From positions 1 through 29,162 of the forward strand of contig JAKMXF010000037.1 in assembly GCA_024704765.1 (NCBI GenBank): a DNA stretch of 29,162 bases. The letters are read 5' to 3'. Within the stretch, counting starts at the first letter, position 1, and every line of letters starts with the position of its first letter. Positions 1 through 9,749 of this stretch are shown here, in pieces. The position numbers and the translations under genes are program-made. The stretch comes from Oopsacas minuta (Eukaryota > Animalia > Porifera). The notes under the pieces are model-generated. The model was not told the DNA's origin, did not search any database, and worked only from the letters and a program-made list of their open reading frames with translations.

Positions 1-549
1 CCTGCTCTATCAACTTCATCAATGACTAGCTTGAATCTCAATGGATCATCTATCTCTACCCCAGCTGCATAGTTAACAAACGCATTCAGAAGTGTACTCT
101 TCCCTGTTCCTTTTCTCCCATAATGATTATCTTCTTCAAGTTCTTGCTTGATGATTGCTTATATTCGCTTATTGATGTCTTCTTTGCTGGGAATGCATAT
201 ATATCCAATCCTGGTGTGCATTCCTTTTCAATCCTTGTGCTCTTTCTCTTGAATTCGTTCAAGATTGTTTTATTTTGCTTTTGTGTTATATCACTTTCAT
301 ATTGTATGCGGTCCAGAGGTACTCCCTTTTTCCTATATTCAGCTATTTTCTTTGCATGCTACTTTTAACTTTTAACTCCTTTTTGAGAGTTTCATTATCT
401 ATGCAATTGAGTATTTCCCCTGTTACTTCTCCATAATCCCCTGATAACAATAGTTGTGTGATACTAACGAATTTCATTTGCCCCAGCAAATGTTGTGTTT
501 CTTTTTCAGTTAATTTGTTCAATTCTTTAGTTTTCGTACAGGAAGCCAT
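1..549 (-). pseudogene. Frameshifted P-loop GTPase gene (septin-type G / AIG1-like family), 5' part; runs off the window start
   Basis: Joining minus-strand frames from ATG 549 gives ...KKIIIMGE-x-GTGKSTLLNAFVNYAAG-VEIDDPLRFKLVIDEVDRA. Walker A lies at about 93-120, followed by the NY..GV...D..RFKL signature of this GTPase family. About four frameshifts are needed, two of them in A/G runs. Confidence 0.75.
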
Positions 550-1576
550 CTATGTTGTATCTAAAATTTGTTTTAATTCATTCATAATTATATCACTTAA
601 GGTGACATCTAGACCCCAAATGTATCTATAATGCGATACCATTTATGACTGCACAGATCACTCGCATACTACGTATTCAGGTATAGTTCAATGATAACTC
701 ACACCTACCAACCGTACAGGGATTTTAGTTGATACAATTAGTGAGTGTAATAATACATAACACGTGTACATTTGTGTGTGTAAATTAACAATTCTTATTC
801 AAGAGTACAAAGATCCTCTGTACAATCTGTGTTTCATAACTCAGTTGCTTCTGGTTAAAACTAGATTTCATAAACTCAAGTCTTCTTATACCGGGCTCTT
901 ACTCGACATTACGAATTTTAACCAACTAATATTTGAACATTACAGAGGTTAAGAGTTATATGTATTATCTGAGTTATGCACTCTAATCGAATTTGGCTAA
1001 ATCCATTGTATATTGAATATGGATATTTCTAACCTCAGCAACCTGGATTGCTATATACAAAATCCTAGCAAACTCATGATCCTCGTCACCAAAAAGGTTG
1101 GTGGAAATTTCTATGTAACAACCCAGGTTGCTGGGAAGTTTGTATATAGCAATATTGGTTAGGTAGACTTATTAGATATTTGTATTCTCTAAATGCAAAA
1201 CTTAAGAAAAGAATTTATTACTTACTTAGACTTGTCTTTGGAATCTTTATTGGGAAAATATGTTTTCAACGTTGAGTTTTATAATTAGTTAATATATCCC
1301 AATTTCAAACTGGTATATATAGCAGTGTACTATAAATTTGTTTTGTGAATGACTCATTCGATATCTCTTTAGTATTATAGTAAAGTTTATTTTGTAGATA
1401 AACTATTAGAATAACTCATTCTAATAGCATAATTTCTTGAAACTTTTAGAATGACTCATTCTAATAGCTTATTTTGTTGGATCAAATTCAAATTCATACA
1501 CAGATAATATATTAGTTAATGTAACTCATTTTGAAAGCCACAAATACACTCACATACGTATATATACTGTATTTAG

Positions 1577-3600
1577 GTTTCGTATCTGATAGTGAGGTGG
1601 GTCAAGACGACATAGACTATCAATCTGATTCTCTGCTTCATGTCTCTTGGACTGGATTCTTTGACAGAGAATCTGGTGTATATTTCTACTTGTATGGTTA
1701 TTCAGACAGCTGTTTGACTACAGATGTGTTTGTATTGTTTGATAATTCAACGGTAAATAATCTTTATCCACATAATCTGTTTATTGTTTTGATATATTTT
1801 ATTACAATATATTCTCTATTATAGCTGAACTTAACTTATTCAACTTTCGCATCATACGATGTTCCAACTCCAGGTCTCTATTACGTTACAGTGGTTGCGT
1901 ATAATCTAGCACTAGCTAAATCAACTCCTGTATGCTCTAATGGTATAACATATGATATAACACCGCCTATAATACGGAGCATCAATGTTGTACATGCAAA
2001 GATTATCCCAGGCTTGGCTAAAATACAAGTAAACAGCTCTTTATATGAAGTTTGGCTCTTAGACGAGAATAGAGAGAGAAGAATGTTACGACAGAGCAAT
2101 GTGTCACAAGAATGTATTGACAAAGCAACTCTAATAAATGACGTCATGATATTTCCTCCTTATACTATTAAGCTACGGAATAATACTGTAGTATATGATA
2201 TTGAACTGAGCGAAGAGGAGAGCTATTTCATTTGACAATCAGTCAATGCTTATTCTAGTTTAAGTTATATGTATACTGTTCATAAGCTGGATGTAAGATG
2301 GGAAGGAGAAGATGCTGAGAGTCCAATTCACAACTACGAAGTTGGAGTTGCGGAAACTTCCTCGCAAGAAGCCGCGCCCGATTTGTTATCGTATCATTCT
2401 ACAGGGACAATAGAACAGTTTATATCTCACCATGTCAATACCATGAAGATGTTTTACATGTTTATAAGAGCTATTAATAGGGCAATGCTTGAAACTACTA
2501 TTACGTTAGGTCCATTTATCGTCGACACTACAGCACCAGTGTATGACAATAGTGTTATAAGTGTTACTCTACAGGAAGTGTTTATACTAGGGAAATGGAG
2601 TAGTACTGCTTTTCAGCATTCTGATGAACCTCAACTACTGGCTTATGAAGTTGCACTTGGTAATGATAAATACTAACTAAATATTAACTTTATTCAATAC
2701 TTATACATTTTTCGTCCAAGTACCCATTATCAATTTTCCTGAGCACCCCTCATAGATAACACCTCCTATCCGTCGACACCCAATTACGAGCCTTGAAGGT
2801 CTTAATAATCCATGTACACTCGCTTGGAAACATATAACTAGATATGTAATTTTATAACAGAATTTACAGTTAACTAGCTCCCGTTATATCAAATACTGAA
2901 TTGTACAAGTCTGGACCCTAACCTTCAAAGTAACATAACTTCATTGATTATATCGAAGTAATTAACGCTTTCGATATAACAGGAGTTGACTGTATTTGAC
3001 TTTTATATATATCTTATACTTTTAGGCACTGACAAATGTCTAGAAGATGTAATAGCATTCCAATACATAACAGTAGTAGCAGCATGTACAGGGTTCTGGA
3101 TTGATTGTGTGTGTGCTGGGTTAGACACGAGACAGCTAGGAGATTTCTTACACAGTGATCACACATACTATCTCACGGTACGAGCTAGTAATGGTGCTGG
3201 GCTATTCGCAACAGGAAGTTCAGATGACTTTACTCACGTAGCAGAGTTCCCAGACATTGGAGTTGTAATTGAAATAAATCCTGAATCAACCCATATTGAT
3301 ACTGCTGATTTTAAACAGATAGACGATGCTGATATAGCCTGTAGATGGAATGGCTTTGAACATCCACACGTTGAAGTCACATATATGGTTGCCTTAGGAA
3401 CCGCACCTGGCACAATTAACAATATAACCGCGTTTATATCAACAGGACAACACACTTCATACAAATTCATCAATCTATCACTAACAGAATAGACGGAATA
3501 CTACGTCACTGTAATAGGATCTGTGTCTGCTTATTCAAATGGTGTAACTGTTGTGCCTCAAAACGCACCAATAATGAATACTGTGAACGAGAGATATAAC
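1577..3600 (+). pseudogene. Spliced fragment of a large fibronectin type III-like repeat protein gene, with two in-frame stops
   Basis: Exons 1577-1752, 1825-2659 and 3026-about 3590 join in phase across GT-AG introns. Recurrent motifs include SWTGFFDRESGV, YYVTVVAYN..SNGITYDITPP, WEGEDAESPIHNYEVGV, YYLTVRASNGAG and WNGFEHP. TGA 2233-2235 and TAG 3490-3492 interrupt the frame, which continues with the same motifs (TEYYVTV..SNGVTV). Confidence 0.75.
2867..2992. mobile_element. pogo/Tigger-like MITE in the second intron of the FN3-like gene
   Basis: TA at 2865-2866 and 2993-2994. Right TIR (reverse complement) is CAGTCAACTCCTGTTATATCGAA; the left copy is degenerate with a 4-bp insertion. Confidence 0.7.
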
Positions 3601-3627
3601 TTTTCCAATCGATCCAATAATTCATAG

Positions 3628-4440
3628 AAAAGTATCGCTCCAAGCGCCATACTAACCCATTGCCATATGCACAGTGTTAATCTCGCTGTTCAAGATGTAG
3701 TTAAACAGTTCCTATAATGTGCGACTTTCTACATTTAGCAAATGATCTTATCATATTTCTTAGAAACTCTCCAAAACGATGTGCTATTGTACATTAGATT
3801 GCACTGCAGTTAGACTGTCTGCAGACTCACATAAGACCTCTTAGCTCTACACGATTCACTATAAAATATTCTGCGCTTTCTGTATTATATTAACAATTTG
3901 ATGTAGTTTTTGATGAATTGGAAGAGATAAACACACAAACCAGTGAATGTAGGATTAAATCAAAAGGAAGTGGTTATATTAAACGGTTAACAGAATTTGA
4001 TACATGTTTTACTCTATGCTTATCACTCAAGCTATTTGAAATAACAGATAGGTTAAGCAAACGGCTTCAGTCTAATGATGTTTCAGTCGGAGAAGGAATT
4101 CATTTGTGAAATATTCAATCTATATTTTAGGATCAATGGATTGTGAAGACAAATTTAAATGACTCTGATCAAAGGTGCAACAATTTTGTATGGAACGCAG
4201 AACGGAATCCGCAAAACTTCCACATCAAAGACCTCCAATTCGATTTGATCTCTCTAGTAAAACTATTTTCAATACACCAGAAGAATACTATCAATCAATA
4301 TACAATCAAGTTCTTGCTCATGTTTGTGATACTATTCGATGTCGCATAACGAACAAATGCATAGTCCAGAATTAGAAAAAATCGAACCCATATTAGTTGA
4401 TAGTTGGAAAGGAGTTGCCATCAATTTTGATTACCTTAAA
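3628..4440 (+). pseudogene. Degenerate hAT transposase (ZMYM1-like), central/C-terminal part
   Basis: Across frames: APSAILTHCHMHSVNLAVQD, RNSPKR, IRPLSSTRFTIKYSAL, LKLFEITDRLSKRLQS, PEEYYQSIYNQVL. These match the hAT C-x2-H-x2-NL, SPKR and TRW-type motifs. Several stops and frameshifts. Confidence 0.75.
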
Positions 4441-5130
4441 CTTTGTATATAAGTGTAGTATAGAGTTTGGTCAAGCGCTGTGCGCGATCTCAACACTTAC
4501 TAGTTACTAACGAACACATTAGTAGTCAGCTATAAAAGCGACTAGCGCCTGTAATAGATATGTGGTTTACATTTATTTTTGTTACTCTGTATTACTCCTC
4601 AATAACAAACAGAATCTTCCAGAGAGTAATGACAGAGCTAAGAACAGGCTCAGATGGATACTTGAGACCCCCTCGATCTGTTAATTGCAAGAGCTTGATT
4701 TAAGAAATTGAATCTCTGTCAGGAATAATTCTTTATCATAAGTTAGCTCTTCAGTGCACAATCTACACTCCTGAAACCCTTTAAACAATTTATAGACCGA
4801 AAATCCTCTGACAAGCTAACGACTAGAGAATCTACTGAGTGTATTCAATTGATACTATATCACCAATTCCATCAAGATAATCCTCAAGAACTACAGTAGA
4901 ACTCAGATATACAGTACCCTTTCGGGAAATAAACTATAAACACGTAATAACCGATCAGTGAATTATGTAGTAGAGTAATCCGCTCCTAGAGGCGTATAGA
5001 ATTGATCCCTCCTGTAATTAGGCGTACAATAATAACTCCAGCTAAGCGTATTACATACGCCTAAAAGGATCGTCTGACGCTCCTATTTAGGAGTGTTAAG
5101 CGCTCCTCGTTAGAAAGAACTAGCGTCAGT

Positions 5131-5345
5131 TGTGAGCACAACAATTTTGTGTGGAGTTCAAAATATCCCACTTCTTGGAGGTCATGACAATTCTACTGAT
5201 CTGGAGAAAGATAACAATAGAAATCATGGAGACTCCCGGGTTCTTTTACAATTCAGAGTCGAAGCAGGAGATTCAGTCCTCGGTAATCATTTACTACCAC
5301 AGCAGCTACAAATGCAACTTACACATCTCCTAATATCCAGAATCA
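5131..5345 (+). pseudogene. hAT transposase fragment (PRKRIR/THAP12-like, DUF4371 region)
   Basis: ILCGVQNIPLLGGHDNS...LLQFRVEAGDSVLGNHL, then after a frameshift ATNATYTSPNIQN, matching the QNIPLRGH..GNF..LL.FR..GD..L..HL..NATY.S..IQN pattern. Confidence 0.7.
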
Positions 5346-5717
5346 TAGCCTACTAAACATAAGGCCTGACAGTAACTCAAAACTTTGACACCAGGGATGC
5401 AGTATTAGCTGAAAGCATTTATAGACATAGTTTCTTTATTGCAGAAAAATGCATTTTTGGCTGAATAAATGTATTACATTTTTGTAGGACATCAAATTTT
5501 ACACAAATAAATGGTAAAACTTTTATGAATGTGTAAAAATATGTGTCTAGTAAGCATATATTTTGTAAAATATTTCATTCTTTGTTGCCTTGTAGAACGT
5601 TAAATATTGCATTTATCAACTCAAAGTGAATAAATAAAATAATCTATAGATCCTTTTATACAAAATGTTAAAAATTTGTCATTCAAAAGTTGGCTCGTTG
5701 TTGAGTTAAGTTAGAGA

Positions 5718-5760
5718 CTGACATTCTCATAATTAACTTCTCTAATTATGAGAATATCAG
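5718..5760. repeat. Inverted repeat / hairpin
   Basis: ATTCTCATAATTA (5723-5735), 7-nt loop, TAATTATGAGAAT (5743-5755). It extends by four more pairs (CTGA/TCAG) after one mismatch. Confidence 0.85.
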
Positions 5761-5810
5761 AGAATAGCAGAATATATTGTATTCTATTTGGATTCATTTA
5801 ATTTGATATC

Positions 5811-5940
5811 TCTCTGTATAGGTCTCTGTATAGGTCTCTGTATAGGTCTCTGTATTGGTCTCTGTATAGGTCTCTGTATTGGTCTCTGTATAGGTCTCTG
5901 TATTGGTCTCTGTATAGGTCTCTGTATAGGTCTCTGTATT
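5811..5940. repeat. 12-bp minisatellite (TCTCTGTAT[A/T]GG), about 11 units, upstream of the NHL gene
   Basis: Ten full units plus one 10-nt unit, read directly from the sequence. Confidence 0.97.
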
Positions 5941-6035
5941 GATTTGTATTTATAGTTAGAGCTCATTACTTATAGTCAAATAGATAAGTTATATTATTTG
6001 AATTGTTTCATTATTCTAGTTACAGAACTGAACTA

Positions 6036-6896
6036 ATGGCTACAGCTAATACTTTGGAGAGAATATTCTCTGTAGACTATAAGAGCAAGATACAACCCAT
6101 AGTCAGTGTTTGTATATGGGAAATGGGGCTAGAAAATCTTAATGCTCCATATGGAGTGACTATTGATAATTCTACAGGAGATATCTATGTAGCAGATCGT
6201 TGGAATAATTGTGTGGTAGTATTCGATTGTAATGGTCAGATTATGTTTGAATTTGGAGATGAGGAAGGAGAAGGAAAGATGAATGGTCCAATTGGGTTAG
6301 CTATATGTAGAGATAGAATTCTGATTGCCCAAAGAAACAACTGTATTCTGAATTATCAAGTGAATGGAGAGTTTGTTTCCAGAATAGGGAAACTGGGGAA
6401 AGGAGAATTGGAATTTGATTATCTTTGTGGTCTGACAATCGATGAATCTAACGGAGAGGTATACATATGTGATTCTAATAATCATCGTATTCAGATACTG
6501 TCCAAGGAACTTACCTACAAGACACAGTTTGGACAAGATAACCTCGAATCTCCTTTTGATGTTAAACTTACCAAAGAATTCATTCATATTCTAGATGAAT
6601 CTAATCCTTGTCTTCATCTGTACAACTATAATCTTGTTCTACATAAGAGTATTATCTCAAAAGGTTATGGGTTACAGCTGATGAATCCATATTTCTTCTA
6701 TATTGACCATTCTAACAATATTCTTATTACAGATTATTCTTATATCTCTTCTTCTGCCTCTATTTCTATATTCAACTATCAATTTGATTTGATACACAAG
6801 ATATCTATAGCTTATCCTACCGGTATTACAGTAGATAACAGAGGAAGAGTTATTGTAGTTTGTGCAGGAGGTGAACATCGTTTCAACATATTTTGA
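6036..6896 (+). CDS. NHL-repeat (six-bladed beta-propeller) protein, 286 aa, intronless CDS
   Basis: Open frame with repeated P.G(V/L)..D...G.IYVAD..N..V..F motifs. ATG 6036 follows a likely splice acceptor (TTATTCTAG, ending 6019), so it is preferred over the TTG at 6003. Confidence 0.9.
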   Translation: MATANTLERIFSVDYKSKIQPIVSVCIWEMGLENLNAPYGVTIDNSTGDIYVADRWNNCVVVFDCNGQIMFEFGDEEGEGKMNGPIGLAICRDRILIAQRNNCILNYQVNGEFVSRIGKLGKGELEFDYLCGLTIDESNGEVYICDSNNHRIQILSKELTYKTQFGQDNLESPFDVKLTKEFIHILDESNPCLHLYNYNLVLHKSIISKGYGLQLMNPYFFYIDHSNNILITDYSYISSSASISIFNYQFDLIHKISIAYPTGITVDNRGRVIVVCAGGEHRFNIF

Positions 6897-7710
6897 TAAT
6901 TTTGCTATTTTACAGTATACTTACACTCGTTTATGTTTCCTTCTTAGAATAACTCATTTGTTACACTTCATTAAAGCTAAGCTATTTCTTATAAACTTGG
7001 TGAAAAGTTGGCTCCCGCGCCCATATTATGTATACAGCGGTTGCATCAATTGATCTCAATTTTGACTGTTCTAATGTACTATACAGGGTTGCCAACTCTC
7101 CCGCTTTTTAGCCTATTTCACCACCCACCTCCCGTCCTCCCGCCAAAATTTTGAACCTCCCGATTTTTTGGATTTTTTTCTATATTTAGATTTTATGACA
7201 TTTTAGTAGAAAATACCATCCGCCGTATTCACTAAGCATACTTAGTACTTAAGTACTAAGTACGTACTTAAGTACTAAGCATGTACTTAGTTAAGTACGT
7301 ACTTAAGTCGTATTCACTAAGAGTTAAGTACGTACTTAAGTATGTACTTAACTAAGTATATACTTAAGTACCACTTATATTCATGAATTTTCGAGTTTCT
7401 GATGGATTGCTTTACAGAATTACTTTCAATCATTCAGGAATATATTTTCAAAACTTTTCATGTTTTATGCATGATCTCATGATAATATTGTGGTTTAAGT
7501 TCATGAAATATTCCACAAATAATGTTGCAAGGAATGCTTCGAACGCTTATGATATAACATATGTGTTACTAAGGAATGCATTACTTTGTACGTAATGTTA
7601 AATACTCTCATTCTGAATTATACATTCCAAGTTACACTAATGAATGTTTTGCTAAATCAATTTATGATCAAATATAATATATAAATATTCAAGTATTTTA
7701 ATATAAACAA

Positions 7711-8757
7711 ATGGCACAGATGATTCCACTATTTCTCGCAGAAGAAGAAACCTCTTCCTCAATGGCACGTCAACGAGTTTTCAGGGATCTCAATGATCCC
7801 CTAGATTGTTATGATGATGTTGAACTTGTTCGACGTTTCCGCTTCTCTAGAGTTTCAATATCTAAAATTACAGAGTTGCTAGCTAACTATTTGAATTTCA
7901 CCGAGCGTTCTTATGCTGCTTCCCCTCATTTGCAAGTTTGTGTGGCACTTCAATTTTTCGCTTCTGGAACGTTCCAGATAATTTGTGGAGATGGGATAAA
8001 CGTAAGCCAAGCTTCTGCTTCTCGTTATATCCGAGATGTTTCTCTGGGTTTGCAAGCTATATACCATCAGTTTGTTAGTTTGCCTGCTGGTCTCAAGAGG
8101 GTAGAAGTCAAAAACAAGTTTTATGAGATTGCTCACTTTCCAGGCGTAGTAGGATTAGTTGACGGGACACATATACGAATCCAAAGACCCTCAGAAAATG
8201 AAGCAGATTATATAAATCGGCATTTTTACCACTCAATTAACGTCCAAGCTATTTGCCAACCAGATGGAATGTTTAGTGATGTATTGGCACGTTTTCCTGG
8301 GTCTGTTCACGATTCACGAATTTGGAAGATTTCAGGTGTTGGGATGCATGTTGAAAATACCTTTTCAATAGGGGAGCATATATTAGGAGATAGCGGTTAC
8401 ATGATGAGGCCATATTTACTCACTCCTTATCGCCAACCAATATCCACTCCCCAATTTAACTACAACTATGCACATAAGAGGACAAGGGTTATTGTTGAAC
8501 AGACATTTGGGCGATGGAAAAGAAGATTCCACTGTCTTCATGGAGAGCTCAGGATGAGTCCTGATAAAGTTTGTTCCATCATAGTTGCTTGTGCAGTATT
8601 GCATAACATAGCAATACTGTGGAAACAACCTCTCTTAGAGGATGAAGTCTCCGATGATTCCTATCCGGATGATGTTCTTGACTTTGAGGAAACTGTTGGA
8701 CATTTGGCATCAAAGCATTACAGAGATCAATTTTCTATTCATAATTTTAGCAACTAA
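7711..8757 (+). CDS. Harbinger transposase (HARBI1-like, DDE_Tnp_4 family), 348 aa
   Basis: GLVDGTHIRI, INVQAIC, FPGSVHDSRIW, ILGDSGY, LLTPY, TRVIVEQTFGRWKRRF, ACAVLHN. No stops. Confidence 0.95.
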   Translation: MAQMIPLFLAEEETSSSMARQRVFRDLNDPLDCYDDVELVRRFRFSRVSISKITELLANYLNFTERSYAASPHLQVCVALQFFASGTFQIICGDGINVSQASASRYIRDVSLGLQAIYHQFVSLPAGLKRVEVKNKFYEIAHFPGVVGLVDGTHIRIQRPSENEADYINRHFYHSINVQAICQPDGMFSDVLARFPGSVHDSRIWKISGVGMHVENTFSIGEHILGDSGYMMRPYLLTPYRQPISTPQFNYNYAHKRTRVIVEQTFGRWKRRFHCLHGELRMSPDKVCSIIVACAVLHNIAILWKQPLLEDEVSDDSYPDDVLDFEETVGHLASKHYRDQFSIHNFSN

Positions 8758-8835
8758 ATTCACATAACATATATGTTGTGGTGTGATATGTAAACATTTT
8801 GCACAGTAAGTGATTATAAGGTAATATGGATTTTT

Positions 8836-8907
8836 GTAGTTTTGAAACATCTAAGTAGGATGTTGGTCTTTGTAGTTCTGAAACATCTAAGTAGGGTGTT
8901 GGTCTTT
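8836..8907. repeat. 36-bp tandem duplication between the two Harbinger ORFs
   Basis: GTAGTT(T/C)TGAAACATCTAAGTAGG(A/G)TGTTGGTCTTT twice, with two mismatches. Confidence 0.92.
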
Positions 8908-9023
8908 GAAGTTGGGATATTTACTTGTGAGATGTATCAAGTATCGCACTTGAATTGGGAGCTAGTTGTTGCATTATGAAAACTATAAATTGGTGGAGGT
9001 TATTGATATTCCAAAGCAAGAGT

Positions 9024-9749
9024 ATGGACAAAGTTCGCAAAGTAAATTGGACAAAGGAGGAGGAGTATACGCTCATTGAGGCAATCCAGGATGCTGGAGA
9101 TATATTGAGGGGTACTGCTGGTCAGTGCGCGGAGATAAACAAAAAAAAGACGAGGCTTTGGAACAATGTTATGCGGAAAATCAATTCCATCCATGGCAAC
9201 AACCGAGATGTGAAAGATATAAAGAAGAAGTGGAACAATCTAAAAGGTTCCGCAAAAGCCCGTGTGGATTCCAGTCGAAGGGAAGCGAGGAGGACAGGAG
9301 GAGGGCCAAATGAAGCTGGTGAAGTGGAGGATGAAGACATCCGGATCCTAAGCTCTGATAGGGAATTATCCACATCTGTGACGGAGAGAGTATCACAGAT
9401 ATTCTCAAGTACGCCAGCGTTCACTGGAATATGTGGTAGTGTTGATATGTTTCAGGCCCCAACAGCATTGCCTTCACACACCGAGATTAGCGAAAGCAGT
9501 GAAGTAACGCCAGTGTTTGAGGGACCAGAAGTTACTGTAGTTAATAGTCGTCCAGAGGGAAGGCGTAAGCGTAAGAGGAGCATCGAACAGTCAACATCGG
9601 TCTCTGATTTACTTCCTCTGCAACGAGAAGTGCTTCTTAAACAGATGGAAGTATTCTCGGCTCAACTAGAGCTGATTGAAGAGCAGAGGGAGTATTACCG
9701 TTATAAAAAGCAGAGACTTTTAGAAAAAGATCAACAGCAGCAGCTTTAG
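9024..9749 (+). CDS. Harbinger ORF2 Myb/SANT-like DNA-binding protein, 241 aa
   Basis: RKVNWTKEEEYTLI...LWNNVMRKINS...DIKKKWNNLK three-Trp Myb/SANT domain, a basic RRKRKR stretch and a C-terminal coiled-coil-like tail. ATG 9024 is preferred to the TTG at 8955. Confidence 0.92.
   Translation: MDKVRKVNWTKEEEYTLIEAIQDAGDILRGTAGQCAEINKKKTRLWNNVMRKINSIHGNNRDVKDIKKKWNNLKGSAKARVDSSRREARRTGGGPNEAGEVEDEDIRILSSDRELSTSVTERVSQIFSSTPAFTGICGSVDMFQAPTALPSHTEISESSEVTPVFEGPEVTVVNSRPEGRRKRKRSIEQSTSVSDLLPLQREVLLKQMEVFSAQLELIEEQREYYRYKKQRLLEKDQQQQL

Noticed and set aside
2233-2235. In-frame TGA as selenocysteine or an alternative genetic code
   Set aside because: TAG (3490) and TAA (21099) interrupt other frames as well, TGA terminates the intact NHL gene at 6896, and no SECIS was recognised.
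4454-4620. Possible solo LTR (TG start, TATAAAAG at 4531, AATAAC)
   Set aside because: No second LTR, PBS, PPT or convincing TSD found.
5784-5966. ORF encoding (IQRP)n, and the (LCIG)n ORF at 16852-17037
   Set aside because: Both are by-products of the 12-bp minisatellite. They lie antisense to the NHL genes and the repeat number differs between copies.
6003-6035. TTG starts given by the ORF track (6003, 8955, 16804)
   Set aside because: Eukaryotic context. Downstream ATGs coincide with domain starts, and the 6003-6019 segment looks like an intron end.
7230-7370. Repeat arrays that might be read as CRISPR or a satellite
   Set aside because: No unique spacers; they are palindromic Harbinger subterminal motifs mirrored at 9920-10050.
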